From Candidatus Methylomirabilis oxygeniifera (lineage in GTDB: Bacteria > Methylomirabilota > Methylomirabilia > Methylomirabilales > Methylomirabilaceae): a stretch of 32,000 bases of DNA. The notes under the pieces are model-generated. The model ran no database searches. It was not told where the DNA came from and saw only the letters and a list, made by a program, of their open reading frames with translations. Numbering within the stretch: position 1 is the stretch's first letter; each line of letters begins with the position of its first letter. Shown piece after piece: positions 31,605-32,000 of the stretch. A program made the position numbers and the translations under genes. Location: positions 570,001 to 602,000 of the forward strand of contig FP565575.1 in NCBI GenBank assembly GCA_000091165.1. Reading direction: 5' to 3'.

Positions 31605-32000
31605 CGGATGAGGTGCGAGGCAAATCCCCCCTCGCCCCCCTTTACGAAAGGGGGGATGGGGGGTTTTCATGCGGGCCAAGTGCCACAGGCGAGAACGAGG
31701 AGGTCGTTGCCCAGGGACTCGCCTTCAATGAGCCGCTCCTGTTTGATCAGGGATCACGGGGGCGGGTGGGCTGTACACTTCCTGAGTGCGACGTTCCGGA
31801 GCTGAAACCGGAGCGGCTGCTTCCCAGAAAGCTTCTCCGGCACGACATCCCCGGTTTCCCTGAACTCTCCGAGGTCGAGGTGGTCCGGCATTTTACGCGG
31901 CTATCACAATGGAATTACGGAGTCGATACGGGCTTCTACCCATTGGGCTCCTGCACCATGAAGTACAACCCGAAGATCAATGAGGAGGTGTGGCGGCTGC
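31601..32000 (+). CDS. gcvPB: Glycine dehydrogenase (decarboxylating) subunit 2, truncated by window end; N-terminus contains an in-frame repeat
   Basis: Manual translation from ATG 31601 (ATGA overlap with gcvPA): MTDEVRGKSPLAPLYERGDGGFSCGPSATGENEEVVAQGLAFNEPLLFDQGSRGR...PELSEVEVVRHFTRLSQWNYGVDTGFYPLGSCTMKYNPKINEEVWRL. Absent from the ORF track because no stop lies in the window. Confidence 0.93.
   Translation, partial: MTDEVRGKSPLAPLYERGDGGFSCGPSATGENEEVVAQGLAFNEPLLFDQGSRGRVGCTLPECDVPELKPERLLPRKLLRHDIPGFPELSEVEVVRHFTRLSQWNYGVDTGFYPLGSCTMKYNPKINEEVWRL
31622..31667. repeat. C/G-rich palindromic repeat, copy 5, inside gcvPB coding sequence
   Basis: aaatccccctcgcccccctttacgaaaggggggatggggggtttt-type sequence, nearly identical in layout to copy 4. 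Confidence 0.88.

Noticed and set aside
31608-31805. 65-aa plus-strand ORF at the start of gcvPB
   Set aside because: Different frame from the conserved GcvPB protein; consists of the repeat plus out-of-frame translation.

Overview
This is a gene-dense, GC-rich bacterial chromosome segment. Overall gene content is reminiscent of Methylomirabilota/NC10-type genomes, but that taxonomy is inference only. It reads mostly as core housekeeping. In order: rpsB-tsf-pyrH-frr-cdsA-lnt-prfB (prfB with a +1 programmed frameshift that the ORF track splits), two small membrane proteins, an M23 peptidase, secA, a thiolase + DUF35-type Zn-ribbon pair, a nitrilase-fold protein, a DUF1015 protein, a minus-strand moaB / pup-like / fmdB-like operon, folE, a DUF4398-like protein, a PPi-type phosphofructokinase, tRNA-Gly(CCC) next to a CCA/poly(A) polymerase-family gene, a DUF1858 protein, a serine acetyltransferase, glgC, a type III PKS / methyltransferase / FAD-oxidoreductase group, a lower-GC methyltransferase, and gcvT-gcvH-gcvPA-gcvPB (last one truncated by the window edge). 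The most interesting items are: (1) a palindromic C/G-rich repeat family, usually intergenic, with one copy apparently translated in frame inside the N-terminus of gcvPB; (2) a Pup (prokaryotic ubiquitin-like) homolog ending in GGE, in an operon with moaB and an FmdB-like Zn-ribbon rather than proteasome genes; (3) a nitrilase-superfamily protein whose catalytic Cys appears replaced by Ser, encoded beside a thiolase/DUF35 pair; (4) a prfB frameshift site with a weakened internal Shine-Dalgarno; and (5) a type III PKS cluster interrupted by a composite repeat. I saw no CRISPR array, transposase or defence system.
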